Shown in pieces: positions 53,706 to 63,664 of a DNA stretch of 64,000 nt. The position numbers were made by a program, and so were the translations under genes. The first letter of the stretch is position 1. Each line of letters starts with the position of its first letter. The notes under the pieces are model-generated. The model did no database searches, was not told where the DNA came from, and saw nothing but the letters and a program-made list of their open reading frames with translations. Origin of the DNA: an uncultured Chlorobiaceae bacterium (GTDB taxonomy: Bacteria > Bacteroidota > Ignavibacteria > UBA10030 > SZUA-254); NCBI GenBank assembly GCA_964484465.1, contig CAZAFL010000002.1, forward strand, positions 2,124 to 66,123. The letters are read 5' to 3'.

Positions 53706-55048
53706 CAACGGATGTTGCGATTATCGGCGGCGGTCTCAGCGGCCTCGCCGCTGCAGTTGAGCTTGCATCGCACGGTGTTCACGTTGCTCTCTATGAACAA
53801 GCTCCAAAGCTGGGGGGAAGGTGCTATTCGTACACTGATGAAAGCACGGGAGACATTGTCGACAACGGACAGCACGTACTGATCGGTGCGTATAAAAACA
53901 CATTTCGATACCTCGGGCTCATCGGGACAAAACAGTTCCTACGAGCACAGAATGCATTGCAGCTGCCGTTGTACCACCCCGCCAAAGGATTTGCGGAATT
54001 TAAAGTATCAAGGCTTCCGAAACCGTTACACGTTACCGCGGGAATGTTGAAGTTTAACCTCCTTTCCTTCAAGGAACGTCAGCAGTTGTTGAACATCGGT
54101 ATAATGATACGACGCTGGAATTCAAAATTGGAACAGCATCTTTCTTCGTTAACTGTCGATCAGTGGCTGACGGAATTACATCAGTCAAATGAGGCAAAAC
54201 AATGTTTATGGTTTCCTCTCGCAATTTCTATTATGAATGAACTGCCCGGCCGGGCTTCAGCGATGCTCTTTGCCCGGTCGTTGAAATCGGCGTTGCTCGG
54301 AAAGAAATCTGATGCATCGATGTTTATTCCTGTCATCGGTCAGACAGAATTGTACGTAACTCCCGCCGAGCGCTTTCTTCTGGACAGAAAAGCGAAAATA
54401 TTCAGGAACGCCGAGGTAACGACAGTTGACGTCAGCCACTCCAGAGCAACAGGGATTACATTGAAGGATGGAACAGGATGTCATGCAAAGCACGTTATTA
54501 TTGCAGTCCCGCCCCATAGTTTGGAAAAACTTCTTCCCAAAGAATTGCAGAGCCTCGAGCCATTTTCCCATGCAGAGCAGTTCTCCTGTTCGCCGATTGT
54601 ATCAATTCATTTATGGTTCGAAAGGGAGTTCATGAAAACGGAATTCCTCGGTTTGATAAACAGTAGGTTGCAGTGGATCTTCAATAGAAGGAAAATCATT
54701 GGCGGGGAAAAATCAATAACAGGTTTTCTTTCTGCGGTCATCAGCGGTGCGTATGATGTCGTCGATTTACCGAAGGAACAGATTGTGAAAATTGCTCTTG
54801 AGGATTTGCAAAAAGTATTTCCGGAGTCTGGAAAAACATCGCTGTTGCATTCCATCGTCATCAAAGAAAAGCGAGCCACATTTTCACCTACAAATGATGT
54901 CGAAGCCTTTCGCCCCGGTACTGTGACGCCGATAGAAAATTGTCTTATGGCGGGAGACTGGACGAACACTGGGGTACCCGCCACAATAGAGGGGGCGGTG
55001 TTAAGCGGGTTTAAAGCCGCCAAGGTAATTTTGCAAAGCCCCGCTTAA
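53702..55048 (+). CDS. hpnE: Hydroxysqualene dehydroxylase HpnE (FAD-dependent amine-oxidase-like)
   Basis: Start ATG 53702 overlapping hpnD stop (ATGA); N-terminal dinucleotide fold VAIIGGGLSGLAAAVELASHGVHVALYE; ~448 aa; third gene after two SQS-like genes. Confidence 0.65.
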   Translation: MTTDVAIIGGGLSGLAAAVELASHGVHVALYEQAPKLGGRCYSYTDESTGDIVDNGQHVLIGAYKNTFRYLGLIGTKQFLRAQNALQLPLYHPAKGFAEFKVSRLPKPLHVTAGMLKFNLLSFKERQQLLNIGIMIRRWNSKLEQHLSSLTVDQWLTELHQSNEAKQCLWFPLAISIMNELPGRASAMLFARSLKSALLGKKSDASMFIPVIGQTELYVTPAERFLLDRKAKIFRNAEVTTVDVSHSRATGITLKDGTGCHAKHVIIAVPPHSLEKLLPKELQSLEPFSHAEQFSCSPIVSIHLWFEREFMKTEFLGLINSRLQWIFNRRKIIGGEKSITGFLSAVISGAYDVVDLPKEQIVKIALEDLQKVFPESGKTSLLHSIVIKEKRATFSPTNDVEAFRPGTVTPIENCLMAGDWTNTGVPATIEGAVLSGFKAAKVILQSPA

Positions 55049-55659
55049 GAAAATAAGGGGCCGAATAGACTCCACAGAAGATTTTCAATCGGGACGATGG
55101 AAAGAAAGAGCCCGATTGCAACGAAGAATTTCCACGGGACTTTCCTCAGATCGTGAATAGTAATGACTGTCAGTATCGATGTTACGAGAAGAAAGGCAAA
55201 AACGATCAGCACAGAAATTGTCGGGTCACGGAAAGGGAGCAGTGATAAAGCAGTGGTTTCGTCGATGACGAGTTTGGATTTGTTGTGAAACAAGAGTTGG
55301 AGAAATACCGTCAAAGTTTGCGGAATCCGTGACGAAGCGTTGACAAATGCCATCGAGGCAAGGAAAAGATTATCGGAACGGTGGACAAATAATCCGAATG
55401 AAACAATTGCGAGGAGAAATGTCCAGCAAATTCCGGCGAGTGCGGCGAGAGGGCATTGAGTTCGCCCTGCATGCGGAGACAGGGTGTCGACAACGTTGAC
55501 ATTCTCAATACTGTCGGATTTGCAAATTGTTCGCTCAGCGATAATGTGCGCAAATTGATGAGTCAACATCGAAATTACGACTGCAAGAACGAACAAAGGA
55601 ATCCCCAGAGTTATCAGTTTCTTTGCAGGAAGATTTTTTTCCTTTTCAATCAGGGGCAT
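55045..55659 (-). CDS. Hypothetical polytopic membrane protein (204 aa)
   Basis: ORF with 5-6 hydrophobic segments; no family recognised; convergent with hpnE (4-nt overlap), downstream of A2M gene on minus strand. Confidence 0.5.
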   Translation of the reverse strand: MPLIEKEKNLPAKKLITLGIPLFVLAVVISMLTHQFAHIIAERTICKSDSIENVNVVDTLSPHAGRTQCPLAALAGICWTFLLAIVSFGLFVHRSDNLFLASMAFVNASSRIPQTLTVFLQLLFHNKSKLVIDETTALSLLPFRDPTISVLIVFAFLLVTSILTVITIHDLRKVPWKFFVAIGLFLSIVPIENLLWSLFGPLFS

Positions 55660-55660
55660 T

Positions 55661-55697
55661 GTTCATGAGGGGTATCCTGAAGATATCCCTCATGAAC
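55661..55697. repeat. 37-nt near-perfect palindrome (stem-loop)
   Basis: GTTCATGAGGGGTATC-ctgaa-GATATCCCTCATGAAC; 15/16 arm positions complementary; 1 nt from predicted start of membrane-protein gene and 49 nt past A2M stop. Confidence 0.7.
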
Positions 55698-55745
55698 TTA
55701 CAAAGAGAGCCGTGCAAAGTCAATTATGGATACTATCCCGCGCCA

Positions 55746-58700
55746 TCACCTCATTATTCTCAGTTTCGTCTGTCCGCTTGCCGAATAATAATTTGCATCA
55801 TACATCGCCTCCGCGACAACCGGAGCGTACTCGAACGCGCCGGCAGTCACAGCCCTCACCATATAATAAAAGATTTGTTGACGGTTTCCACCATGAAAGC
55901 TCGTATACAAATTAATCCTGTCGTCACGTATATCGATGTACGATGGGACCGATGCATTTGAAATGAACTTGTAGTTGGTATTTTCCGTTAAACGCGGGTT
56001 TTCAATTTCGAACCCCGCCGGCAGCAGGTCGGTGATTGCAACGTTTTCCAGCATGTTAACGGCAGAATTCAACGTCAGTTTTACAATCACAAGGTCATTC
56101 TGTTTCACTGCGCTGAGGTTAACCGGCATGCCGTTGCGGTCGAAGAATTCGCGCCTGACCTGCAGATTCTTATCCTCGGTTTTTATCGTTCCGTTTTTTC
56201 TGATTCCATCAGTGATGATTGAGTAGTACACACGTCCTGTCCCGTTCATCGTGAGCGTCAGTTTTTTTCCGAACGGCTCGATATCAACTTTTTGATTCCC
56301 GCCGGTATAGGAAAAAGTCTTTTCCCCAACCTTCACAAATCCATCAATTTTTGTAGCCGATGCCATGCGGGCAGCTTTTCCGAATGCAAGGAGGGTAAAC
56401 GCATCATCCTGTGTACTGAACCAGTAATAATTGCGATATACTTTGGAAAGATATTCCATATACCGCGGTATATATGGATTGTTCAGGTCCGTCTCCAGAA
56501 GAATATTGAGGATGAGGGCATTTGCTCTGACAGGGGAATCAAAATTGTACCCTGATGTTCGCTGCGCTTCTTCCGAGATATATTCCGGCGGCAAGAGCTC
56601 GAGATATGTTTTCCGGTCGCCCGCGTACGCAAATGCACCAGCAAGGAGATATTGAGTGTCAGTTGTCAACAACCCGCGTTCTACCCGGTAGAAGTTCATG
56701 ATTGATTTTTCGGGTTGGCCTCCCAGTGCAAGAACATACAACGCATATATGGTGCTCTTATCCGCGATTCGTTTGACGAGAATTTTCTGACCTGGGCCGT
56801 AATAATAATAATCTTCTGTCAATTTGCTGCGTGCAATTGCCGTAACCGCATTCAACGCCATGTTGATTGAATTTTCTGAGACTGCATATCCGGCTTTTTT
56901 TGCTTCAAGAAGAAAATGAGTCGCATACACGATCGACCACCCTCCTGCGGGTGATGATTCACCGGGCCAATAGCTGAACGCACCATCGTGCAATTGCATT
57001 GAAGCGAGTTTGGTGATCGCTTCATTGACAAAATATGTTGGACTCCCAGTATTCAGGATTGTCGGGTCGAGCATTCCGGCAATGTCCCGTAAGTAAATTT
57101 GCGGAAAAGCTTTTGAAACTGTCTGCTCGATGCATCCGTGCGGATACCCGACGAGGTATTTCAGCTCTCTTGCAAAATTTGCAACCGGAAATGGACTGAA
57201 AGTTATGTATGACTTTCTGTTGTAGGGCAAATAAATATTCTCAATTGTACTTGATGCCGTTGCTCCTCCCTCGATCGATCCGCTGATTGCTTCGGAAACG
57301 AAAGGCGCGATCGGGCGAACAGGTAATTCAGTTGAAGACTCCAACGGTTCTCCAAAGGCGACCGTTTTTATTTTAACCACGGCTTTGCCGATGCGATCGG
57401 TGGTTTTCAATTGAACAGTGACAAAGCGTTCCTGATTCGGGTTGACATCGAGAACGGCTGTTGTGGTCAATGGTATCACTCCACCGACAGTCTCGATTTC
57501 AAATTTCAGGCTCACCGGTTTTTCAGTAGTATTAAACGCAGTGATGGGCATCGAGAGAGAATCATGTGGTGCAAGGAATCTCGGAAGTGCGGGGGTGATC
57601 ACCACGGGGTCTGCAACTTTCATTGCCTTTTGGGAAGAGCCGAAGCGGTCTCCCTTGTATGCGAGAGCCATCAGGCGAAGCTCGCCGCTGAATTCGGGGA
57701 TATCGAATAAAATTTCAGCCCGTCCGTTTGCATCAGTCTTTAGAATGCCGGACCAAAGCGCGACCGGCTTGAATCTCTGAACCCCAAGGGGGTTGACTCT
57801 CTTTGCCATCATTTCTGTCTCGCCGCCCCCTGTACTGCTTCGCAATGGCTCGGGAAGTAAGTACTTGAAGAAGTCAAATGTCTCCGTTTCAAGAGCCTTC
57901 TTGGCGTAAAAAAAGCCGTACGGGTCGGGGGTTTTGTAATTTTTCAATTGACAGATCCCTTCGTCGACTGCCGCAATTGTCACGAAGACATTTTTCTCAT
58001 TCTTTACCGTAACAGTGACGGCTTGCTTTCTCTTCGGACGTATTTTCTCCGGCGCTTGAATTGTCACATCGAGCTTATTCGATTTCTTTTCCACCATTAA
58101 CGGGCAGAATCCGTGTCCGGCAAGCAAAGGAATATTCATATCTTTGATTTTCCGAAATAACACTGCGCTCACATAGACATTTGGAAGAAATTTTTCATCG
58201 ACGCCAAGCTCCATCGATGCAGAGTTGTTTGTCACATCGAGATAGCGATAACTAAAAATCCGGTTTCTCTCGACAGTGACAAGCATTTTTCCGTCGAATG
58301 GGGTTTTGAACAGAATCTTCGCTTTCTGACCGGGTGTGTACACAGAATCATCGAACACCATCTGAATGCGGGCTTCCGGGTCGATCTCGAATGATGTCAC
58401 ATCAGTTGTTCCCCAGCTGTATGAATAAAAATTGATCTGATTATACCCTGCACCTTCTGATTTCGAAACGCGGACGATGTATTCTCCCGACTGTGAAGCC
58501 CAGTATGCGTATTCGACGGGAATGGAATCGAGCGTGACGACATCGTTCTTTTCAATGATCTCCCGCTGTTCAGATACATACCTCAGGGTATTTGTAGGCG
58601 TATATTGACGAAGGACAGAATACCATTCCAGCCGTATCAACTGGACAAGTGCCTTGAAGCCTGCAATTGGTTTATCAGAAGCATCGACCGCGATCAACCG

Positions 58701-61262
58701 GAGTTTCTGGGGCGTATTCGGACTGACGTAATAATCTCCAAGGTTGTGAATACCTATGTAATAATCCTTCGGATAAATTGTCGTCTGAGCGATCTGGTAG
58801 ACCGGACGTCCTGATTCGTCAAATACTGCAACTCTCCCTCGTGCCCGAATAAGTCCGGATGAAGTCAGGTTTGCTGGTATAGCGAAATCAATAGACGCTT
58901 TTCCTTCAGCATCGGTTTTACCGGTATTCACTGAAGGAGTTCCTGAATAATTTGTTGCCCCTCGGTCTGTAAAATTAAAGGAGGGAAATCTCTTTGACCA
59001 ATACGGGGTTGGTTCCAACATTCCCTCAAACTCCCAGTTTCTGCCGGCAGCAGGAGGACCGAAAAAATTCAACGCGAGCAAATCATAGGTGATTTGTTCA
59101 CCGGGCCTTGCCTTATCTTTTGAAGGTTTGAGCGAAAGTTTGAGTCTGTCGGGGACAAAGTCCTCAACGCTTACTTCGTAACTCGCAAGGTAGACGTTGT
59201 TGCCTGTATACAGCTCGAAGCGATAAACGCCTGTCTGGCCTGTCATCAATGTCTGATAGCTCGATTCGAATGAGCCTTCTTCATTCAATGTATGCTGGAG
59301 CTCCTTGGCGACAATTCCCCGCGGGTTGAATATTTTAATGTGCACTGGCATCTGTGCTGGAATGTCGTTCGTCAAGTCGCGTACGACGCCGGAGAAATAA
59401 ATTTTTTCTCCCGGTCGGTAGATATTTCTATCACCGTACATGAATGCATCGTAGGGGAGGTCGGCTTTTTGGACGCGGACGGGGAGTTTTTTTAACATCC
59501 GTGTAATGTATTTTTGTTTCAGAGAGGATTCTTCATCGTAATACTCTCCAGACCGTTTTCCCGCAACGTCAAAGCGTGATGTTTCAACACGATTATCAGC
59601 CAGATTGATGAAATTGTAATCACCTTCCGTCTCGGCAGTTACCAACTTGAGGGAAAAATCCTTGCTGAGTTCTCTGAAATCTCCGAATCTGGCTACACCG
59701 TCATTATTGGTTTTCAGAGAGGAAATTGTCTGGTTATTGGTTGATATTAAATTTACCGTTACGTTGCCGACGGGAGTGTTGCTTGCGAGGCTGGTCACGA
59801 AGACGTAAACTTCATTTGAACTCTGTTTGACAATTAACCCGAGGTCGGAAATTGAAATGAATTTCGATGTCGACCGCCATGGTTCTTTCAGGTCGGCAAT
59901 ATCGACGAGATAAAATCCTTTATACCCCGTATTGAGATAAGGATTCAGGTCGTACAATGTTGTTACTTCCTGGTTCGTCAGGTTCTTGATGGTGATGGTG
60001 TCGTTTTTCAACATCCGTCCGTAATTACCGATATAGTACCGGAATTTTCTCGTATAAGAACGGATTCCTCCTTCATCATAATAGTCATCATAAAAATCAT
60101 AATCATATGACCGGCCACCGTCCAGGAAGAAAACAAGGTTGTTCTGAAATATCTGGCTGATACGTACATTCAATTGTGAGAGGTTGACGGTTTTGAGCTC
60201 AATATGTTTTTGTCCGTCGAGCAGCATGTAGATGCCGGATGAGGATGTGAAGCGAAATGACGGGTTCACATTTCCTATGACGATATCCGCATCATAATCA
60301 TTTTGAGTTTTTGCGCCGAGGACACTTTCCAAACCTTTCTTTATGGTAAGGTGAAATGCCGAACCGGGCTCAAATTTCCCCCGCAGCGTGAGGCTTTCGC
60401 GGTTTCCTTCAAGTGAATACCCTCGTACCGGGTCGATGGTGATAAACGAACGGGCGACGGAGGAATCTATTTCTTGCGAGGTCTTGATAGTTATCCAACT
60501 TGTCACGCCATCATAACCAAAATCATGTCCATAAATTTTTACTTCTTCCAGGCCGGGCAGTTTGAATACAAATGGCCGGTCCATCCTGATTGTCGTATTC
60601 GTTTCTGTTGAGACAAGCTGGTTATCGAAGGTGATTGAAATGGTTTTTTCCCGTTCCATTTGGGTGACGGCGCCCAGTTCAAGCGGGATAACTTTGTTAT
60701 TCTGTGTTGAAACGGTGTTAACTCCGGAACGACGTTCCTGGTCGATCGAAAGTTGTATGTGTTTTGCAATTTCCGCGGGATTAACGGCATACGTGAATTC
60801 AAGATTTGCCCGGATGCCGACGGTCCGCGAGCGTCCCATTCGGTCGTAAAAAAATTCTGCATTTTTGAGATAGAAACTTTCAGTAGCAAACGTGAACTCA
60901 TCACTCCCCTTGAATGAATGCACTCCGGCAAGATGAGTGAGCAATGCAGTGTTGAATTTCCCTTTGAATTTTGTATCCCCGGGAAACGGCCCATCAGGAC
61001 TGAACACTAGCGTTAAGGTATCCTGCCATGTAAACTTCCCCGGAATCTCGGGAGAGAATTCGATGTACGATGTATTCGTCCATTGGTTTGTAGAATCCTG
61101 CTTAACAATCCCCTTCGAAAATCTGATGACAATAGCCTGATTCGCCGGAACGATTCCGTTTGGAAGAGGTGAGACGACCTGGAGGACGTCGTTTTCTTTT
61201 TTGGAACAGGAGAGGAGCATACAGGCGAACATCAATGGCAGAATGAGCTTACCGCGGTTCAT
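55746..61262 (-). CDS. Bacterial alpha-2-macroglobulin family lipoprotein with intact thioester (YfhM-like)
   Basis: 1838 aa; lipoprotein signal MNRGKLILPLMFACMLLSC; thioester motif GCIEQ (YPHGCIEQTV); very large size with repeated Ig-like (MG) segments; immediately downstream of pbpC as in the conserved A2M-PBP1C pairing. Confidence 0.85.
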   Translation of the reverse strand: MNRGKLILPLMFACMLLSCSKKENDVLQVVSPLPNGIVPANQAIVIRFSKGIVKQDSTNQWTNTSYIEFSPEIPGKFTWQDTLTLVFSPDGPFPGDTKFKGKFNTALLTHLAGVHSFKGSDEFTFATESFYLKNAEFFYDRMGRSRTVGIRANLEFTYAVNPAEIAKHIQLSIDQERRSGVNTVSTQNNKVIPLELGAVTQMEREKTISITFDNQLVSTETNTTIRMDRPFVFKLPGLEEVKIYGHDFGYDGVTSWITIKTSQEIDSSVARSFITIDPVRGYSLEGNRESLTLRGKFEPGSAFHLTIKKGLESVLGAKTQNDYDADIVIGNVNPSFRFTSSSGIYMLLDGQKHIELKTVNLSQLNVRISQIFQNNLVFFLDGGRSYDYDFYDDYYDEGGIRSYTRKFRYYIGNYGRMLKNDTITIKNLTNQEVTTLYDLNPYLNTGYKGFYLVDIADLKEPWRSTSKFISISDLGLIVKQSSNEVYVFVTSLASNTPVGNVTVNLISTNNQTISSLKTNNDGVARFGDFRELSKDFSLKLVTAETEGDYNFINLADNRVETSRFDVAGKRSGEYYDEESSLKQKYITRMLKKLPVRVQKADLPYDAFMYGDRNIYRPGEKIYFSGVVRDLTNDIPAQMPVHIKIFNPRGIVAKELQHTLNEEGSFESSYQTLMTGQTGVYRFELYTGNNVYLASYEVSVEDFVPDRLKLSLKPSKDKARPGEQITYDLLALNFFGPPAAGRNWEFEGMLEPTPYWSKRFPSFNFTDRGATNYSGTPSVNTGKTDAEGKASIDFAIPANLTSSGLIRARGRVAVFDESGRPVYQIAQTTIYPKDYYIGIHNLGDYYVSPNTPQKLRLIAVDASDKPIAGFKALVQLIRLEWYSVLRQYTPTNTLRYVSEQREIIEKNDVVTLDSIPVEYAYWASQSGEYIVRVSKSEGAGYNQINFYSYSWGTTDVTSFEIDPEARIQMVFDDSVYTPGQKAKILFKTPFDGKMLVTVERNRIFSYRYLDVTNNSASMELGVDEKFLPNVYVSAVLFRKIKDMNIPLLAGHGFCPLMVEKKSNKLDVTIQAPEKIRPKRKQAVTVTVKNEKNVFVTIAAVDEGICQLKNYKTPDPYGFFYAKKALETETFDFFKYLLPEPLRSSTGGGETEMMAKRVNPLGVQRFKPVALWSGILKTDANGRAEILFDIPEFSGELRLMALAYKGDRFGSSQKAMKVADPVVITPALPRFLAPHDSLSMPITAFNTTEKPVSLKFEIETVGGVIPLTTTAVLDVNPNQERFVTVQLKTTDRIGKAVVKIKTVAFGEPLESSTELPVRPIAPFVSEAISGSIEGGATASSTIENIYLPYNRKSYITFSPFPVANFARELKYLVGYPHGCIEQTVSKAFPQIYLRDIAGMLDPTILNTGSPTYFVNEAITKLASMQLHDGAFSYWPGESSPAGGWSIVYATHFLLEAKKAGYAVSENSINMALNAVTAIARSKLTEDYYYYGPGQKILVKRIADKSTIYALYVLALGGQPEKSIMNFYRVERGLLTTDTQYLLAGAFAYAGDRKTYLELLPPEYISEEAQRTSGYNFDSPVRANALILNILLETDLNNPYIPRYMEYLSKVYRNYYWFSTQDDAFTLLAFGKAARMASATKIDGFVKVGEKTFSYTGGNQKVDIEPFGKKLTLTMNGTGRVYYSIITDGIRKNGTIKTEDKNLQVRREFFDRNGMPVNLSAVKQNDLVIVKLTLNSAVNMLENVAITDLLPAGFEIENPRLTENTNYKFISNASVPSYIDIRDDRINLYTSFHGGNRQQIFYYMVRAVTAGAFEYAPVVAEAMYDANYYSASGQTKLRIMR

Positions 61263-61300
61263 AACATCGATCCTTTATTGTGGAATGAATAGTGAAAAAG

Positions 61301-63631
61301 CTAAAGTGCATATTTGATTTTGATTTTCACGGAAGAGAGTCTCCCCTTATCGTCCATACAGGTGATTGTATGGTCGCCTCCGGGAAGAGATAGGAATACC
61401 TTTTCATGGGATTTCTTTCGCCCGAGATAACGGTCATCGACGTACCAGATATGCTCGTCAATGTCCAGGGCGGAACTGGCTTCAAGAGCGATTTTTTGTT
61501 TGTCAGAAACGAGAAAGTAGGTCATATCCTGCGATGGGCTGATGATCTTCGGTCCGTCACCGCTGAATAAACGTGTACATTCCGGGTTATGAGGCGGTGC
61601 CATGGTATACGGGCGGTGAATTTGATCCCAGAAATTCAGAAGCTCCGACGGATATGTTACCATCCCTACAATTTTGTACTGATGGTTGCCGATACACGAA
61701 GGGCAGTAGGATACTTTCCGGTCGGATGAAACCAGATATTCCTTATCGAATTCGCAGAAACGATTCAGCGACTGCCGTACTGAATAATAATCTTCGATGA
61801 GATGATTGCATCGTGACGTGGGGAGAAGTCCACTTGTTGCACAGACCTCTCTTGTGAGGAGATCGTGGGGTTGAGGAAGAATAGATTTTTCATGCCGTGT
61901 TGAAATTGTGTTAAAGATATCAACCATGAGCGGCGCTGCGGATTTGCTTCCTTTCAAATCAGGGCATCCGCTCATATTGACATTACCTACCCACACGCCT
62001 ACCGTATATTCGGAGGAATATCCCACCGCCCAAGCATCTCGCCGCCCGTAACTTGTTCCGGTTTTGAATGCAACTTTCGGTAGATTCAGCGAGGACTCAA
62101 AGTTGTTGGGCAAATCGGGTCTATCCAGACCAGAAAGGATATCGGTCACCATAAATGCAGTCGAGTGAGAAAAGACTTGCCTGCCGATTGCTGGCTGCGG
62201 TTTGGGCTGCTTGACATACGATGGGGGATAGTATACCCCTCGGCATGGAAAAGAACTATAAGCGGCGGTCAACTCCTCCAGTGTAATCCCGCATCCTCCA
62301 ACGATCATGCTTAATCCTAATTTTGTTTTTTGCGGTTGAAGCGATGAGACACCTGAAGACTGCAGGAATTCGACGAATGGCTGAACGCCGGCGGCGTGAA
62401 GGAGCCTGATCATCGGAACATTCAGCGATCGCCTCAGCGCTTCGTCGGCATACACAAGTCCGGAGTATGTTCCGTCGTAATTTTCAGCAAGAAAGCCTTC
62501 GGCGTCGTAGGGGGTATCGAGGAGGCGGGTTTTTGGAGTCAACATTCCGCGTTCCATCTGGAGCGCGTAGAGAAACGGTTTCAACGTCGAACCGGGAGAG
62601 CGGAGCGCCTTCACAGCATCGACCTGCCCTTCGTCTGAAACATCATCAAAATTTTCCGACCCGACATACGCGACGATTTCTTTTGACGCATTATCGATGA
62701 TAATAACCGCACCATTCTCTACTCCTTTTAATTTCCAGGAACGAAGATGGTTCGAGAGAAGAATTTCGACTGTCTTTTGGATGTTCAGGTCGAGCGAGCT
62801 GTGAATTTCACCTCTTGTCTTGCCGGAACCGAATTTTCGGTCATAACTCTTCTTCAGCCTCAAACAAAAATGCGGTGCATATTGTGAGAGAGGAATTCGT
62901 TTTGCCGCAGCAGGTGTCTGCCATACGATGATGGAATCCTGTCGCGTGAACAATCCTGCTTTTATCCACTCAAGCGCACGTTGTTTCCGTTCTTCCAGTA
63001 ATCGGTCCGGGTTTCGATCCGGGCGCAAACCGTTCGGGTTATTTGGAATTAATATCAAATCGAACAATTGTGCGATGTTGAGTCGTTCAACAGGTGTTTG
63101 ATAGTAGATCAAGGAAGCGGATTTCAACCCTTCAATATTTCCGCCGAGAGGTACCATGGAAAGATACATTTCGAGAAGTTCATCTTTCGAATATTTCCAT
63201 TCGAGCTGGAGCGCGCGGAACATTTCAACGAATTTGTTGATGTACGTTCGTTCTTTCGGCTCCATCATTCTCGCAATCTGCATCGTGAGGGTCGAGGCTC
63301 CCGACATCCGCCTGTGTGAAGCGATATTCTGAACGGCCGCGCGGAGGAGGGAAAAAGGATTAACGCCGGGATGATAATAAAAGAACCTGTCTTCCTTTCG
63401 GATAAGGATTCTCTTAAGCTTTGCGGGAATTTCCTCCGGTGATGTTGTTAACCTCCAGACATTATCTTCTGCAAGATAGGCGTGGAGAAATTTACCTTTT
63501 CGGTCTGTGATGAGAAGGGAATACGGCTTGGAAGCCGGCAGTGGAAAAAGAGAAGCAAGGGTGAAAAATGTTACAACCCCGGACACGCTTACATATAACA
63601 TCCAGCGTGCCATTCTACGGAACATGTTCAT
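61301..63631 (-). CDS. pbpC: Penicillin-binding protein 1C (bifunctional transglycosylase/transpeptidase)
   Basis: 776 aa; N-terminal TM, GT51 motif EDRFFYYHPGVNP, RKxxE region, transpeptidase SxxK (GSTLKPF), SxN and KTG motifs; PbpC-type C-terminal domain. Confidence 0.88.
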   Translation of the reverse strand: MNMFRRMARWMLYVSVSGVVTFFTLASLFPLPASKPYSLLITDRKGKFLHAYLAEDNVWRLTTSPEEIPAKLKRILIRKEDRFFYYHPGVNPFSLLRAAVQNIASHRRMSGASTLTMQIARMMEPKERTYINKFVEMFRALQLEWKYSKDELLEMYLSMVPLGGNIEGLKSASLIYYQTPVERLNIAQLFDLILIPNNPNGLRPDRNPDRLLEERKQRALEWIKAGLFTRQDSIIVWQTPAAAKRIPLSQYAPHFCLRLKKSYDRKFGSGKTRGEIHSSLDLNIQKTVEILLSNHLRSWKLKGVENGAVIIIDNASKEIVAYVGSENFDDVSDEGQVDAVKALRSPGSTLKPFLYALQMERGMLTPKTRLLDTPYDAEGFLAENYDGTYSGLVYADEALRRSLNVPMIRLLHAAGVQPFVEFLQSSGVSSLQPQKTKLGLSMIVGGCGITLEELTAAYSSFPCRGVYYPPSYVKQPKPQPAIGRQVFSHSTAFMVTDILSGLDRPDLPNNFESSLNLPKVAFKTGTSYGRRDAWAVGYSSEYTVGVWVGNVNMSGCPDLKGSKSAAPLMVDIFNTISTRHEKSILPQPHDLLTREVCATSGLLPTSRCNHLIEDYYSVRQSLNRFCEFDKEYLVSSDRKVSYCPSCIGNHQYKIVGMVTYPSELLNFWDQIHRPYTMAPPHNPECTRLFSGDGPKIISPSQDMTYFLVSDKQKIALEASSALDIDEHIWYVDDRYLGRKKSHEKVFLSLPGGDHTITCMDDKGRLSSVKIKIKYAL

Positions 63632-63664
63632 CGGGCTATATATGTTGCTCTGCAGAATGTCAAT

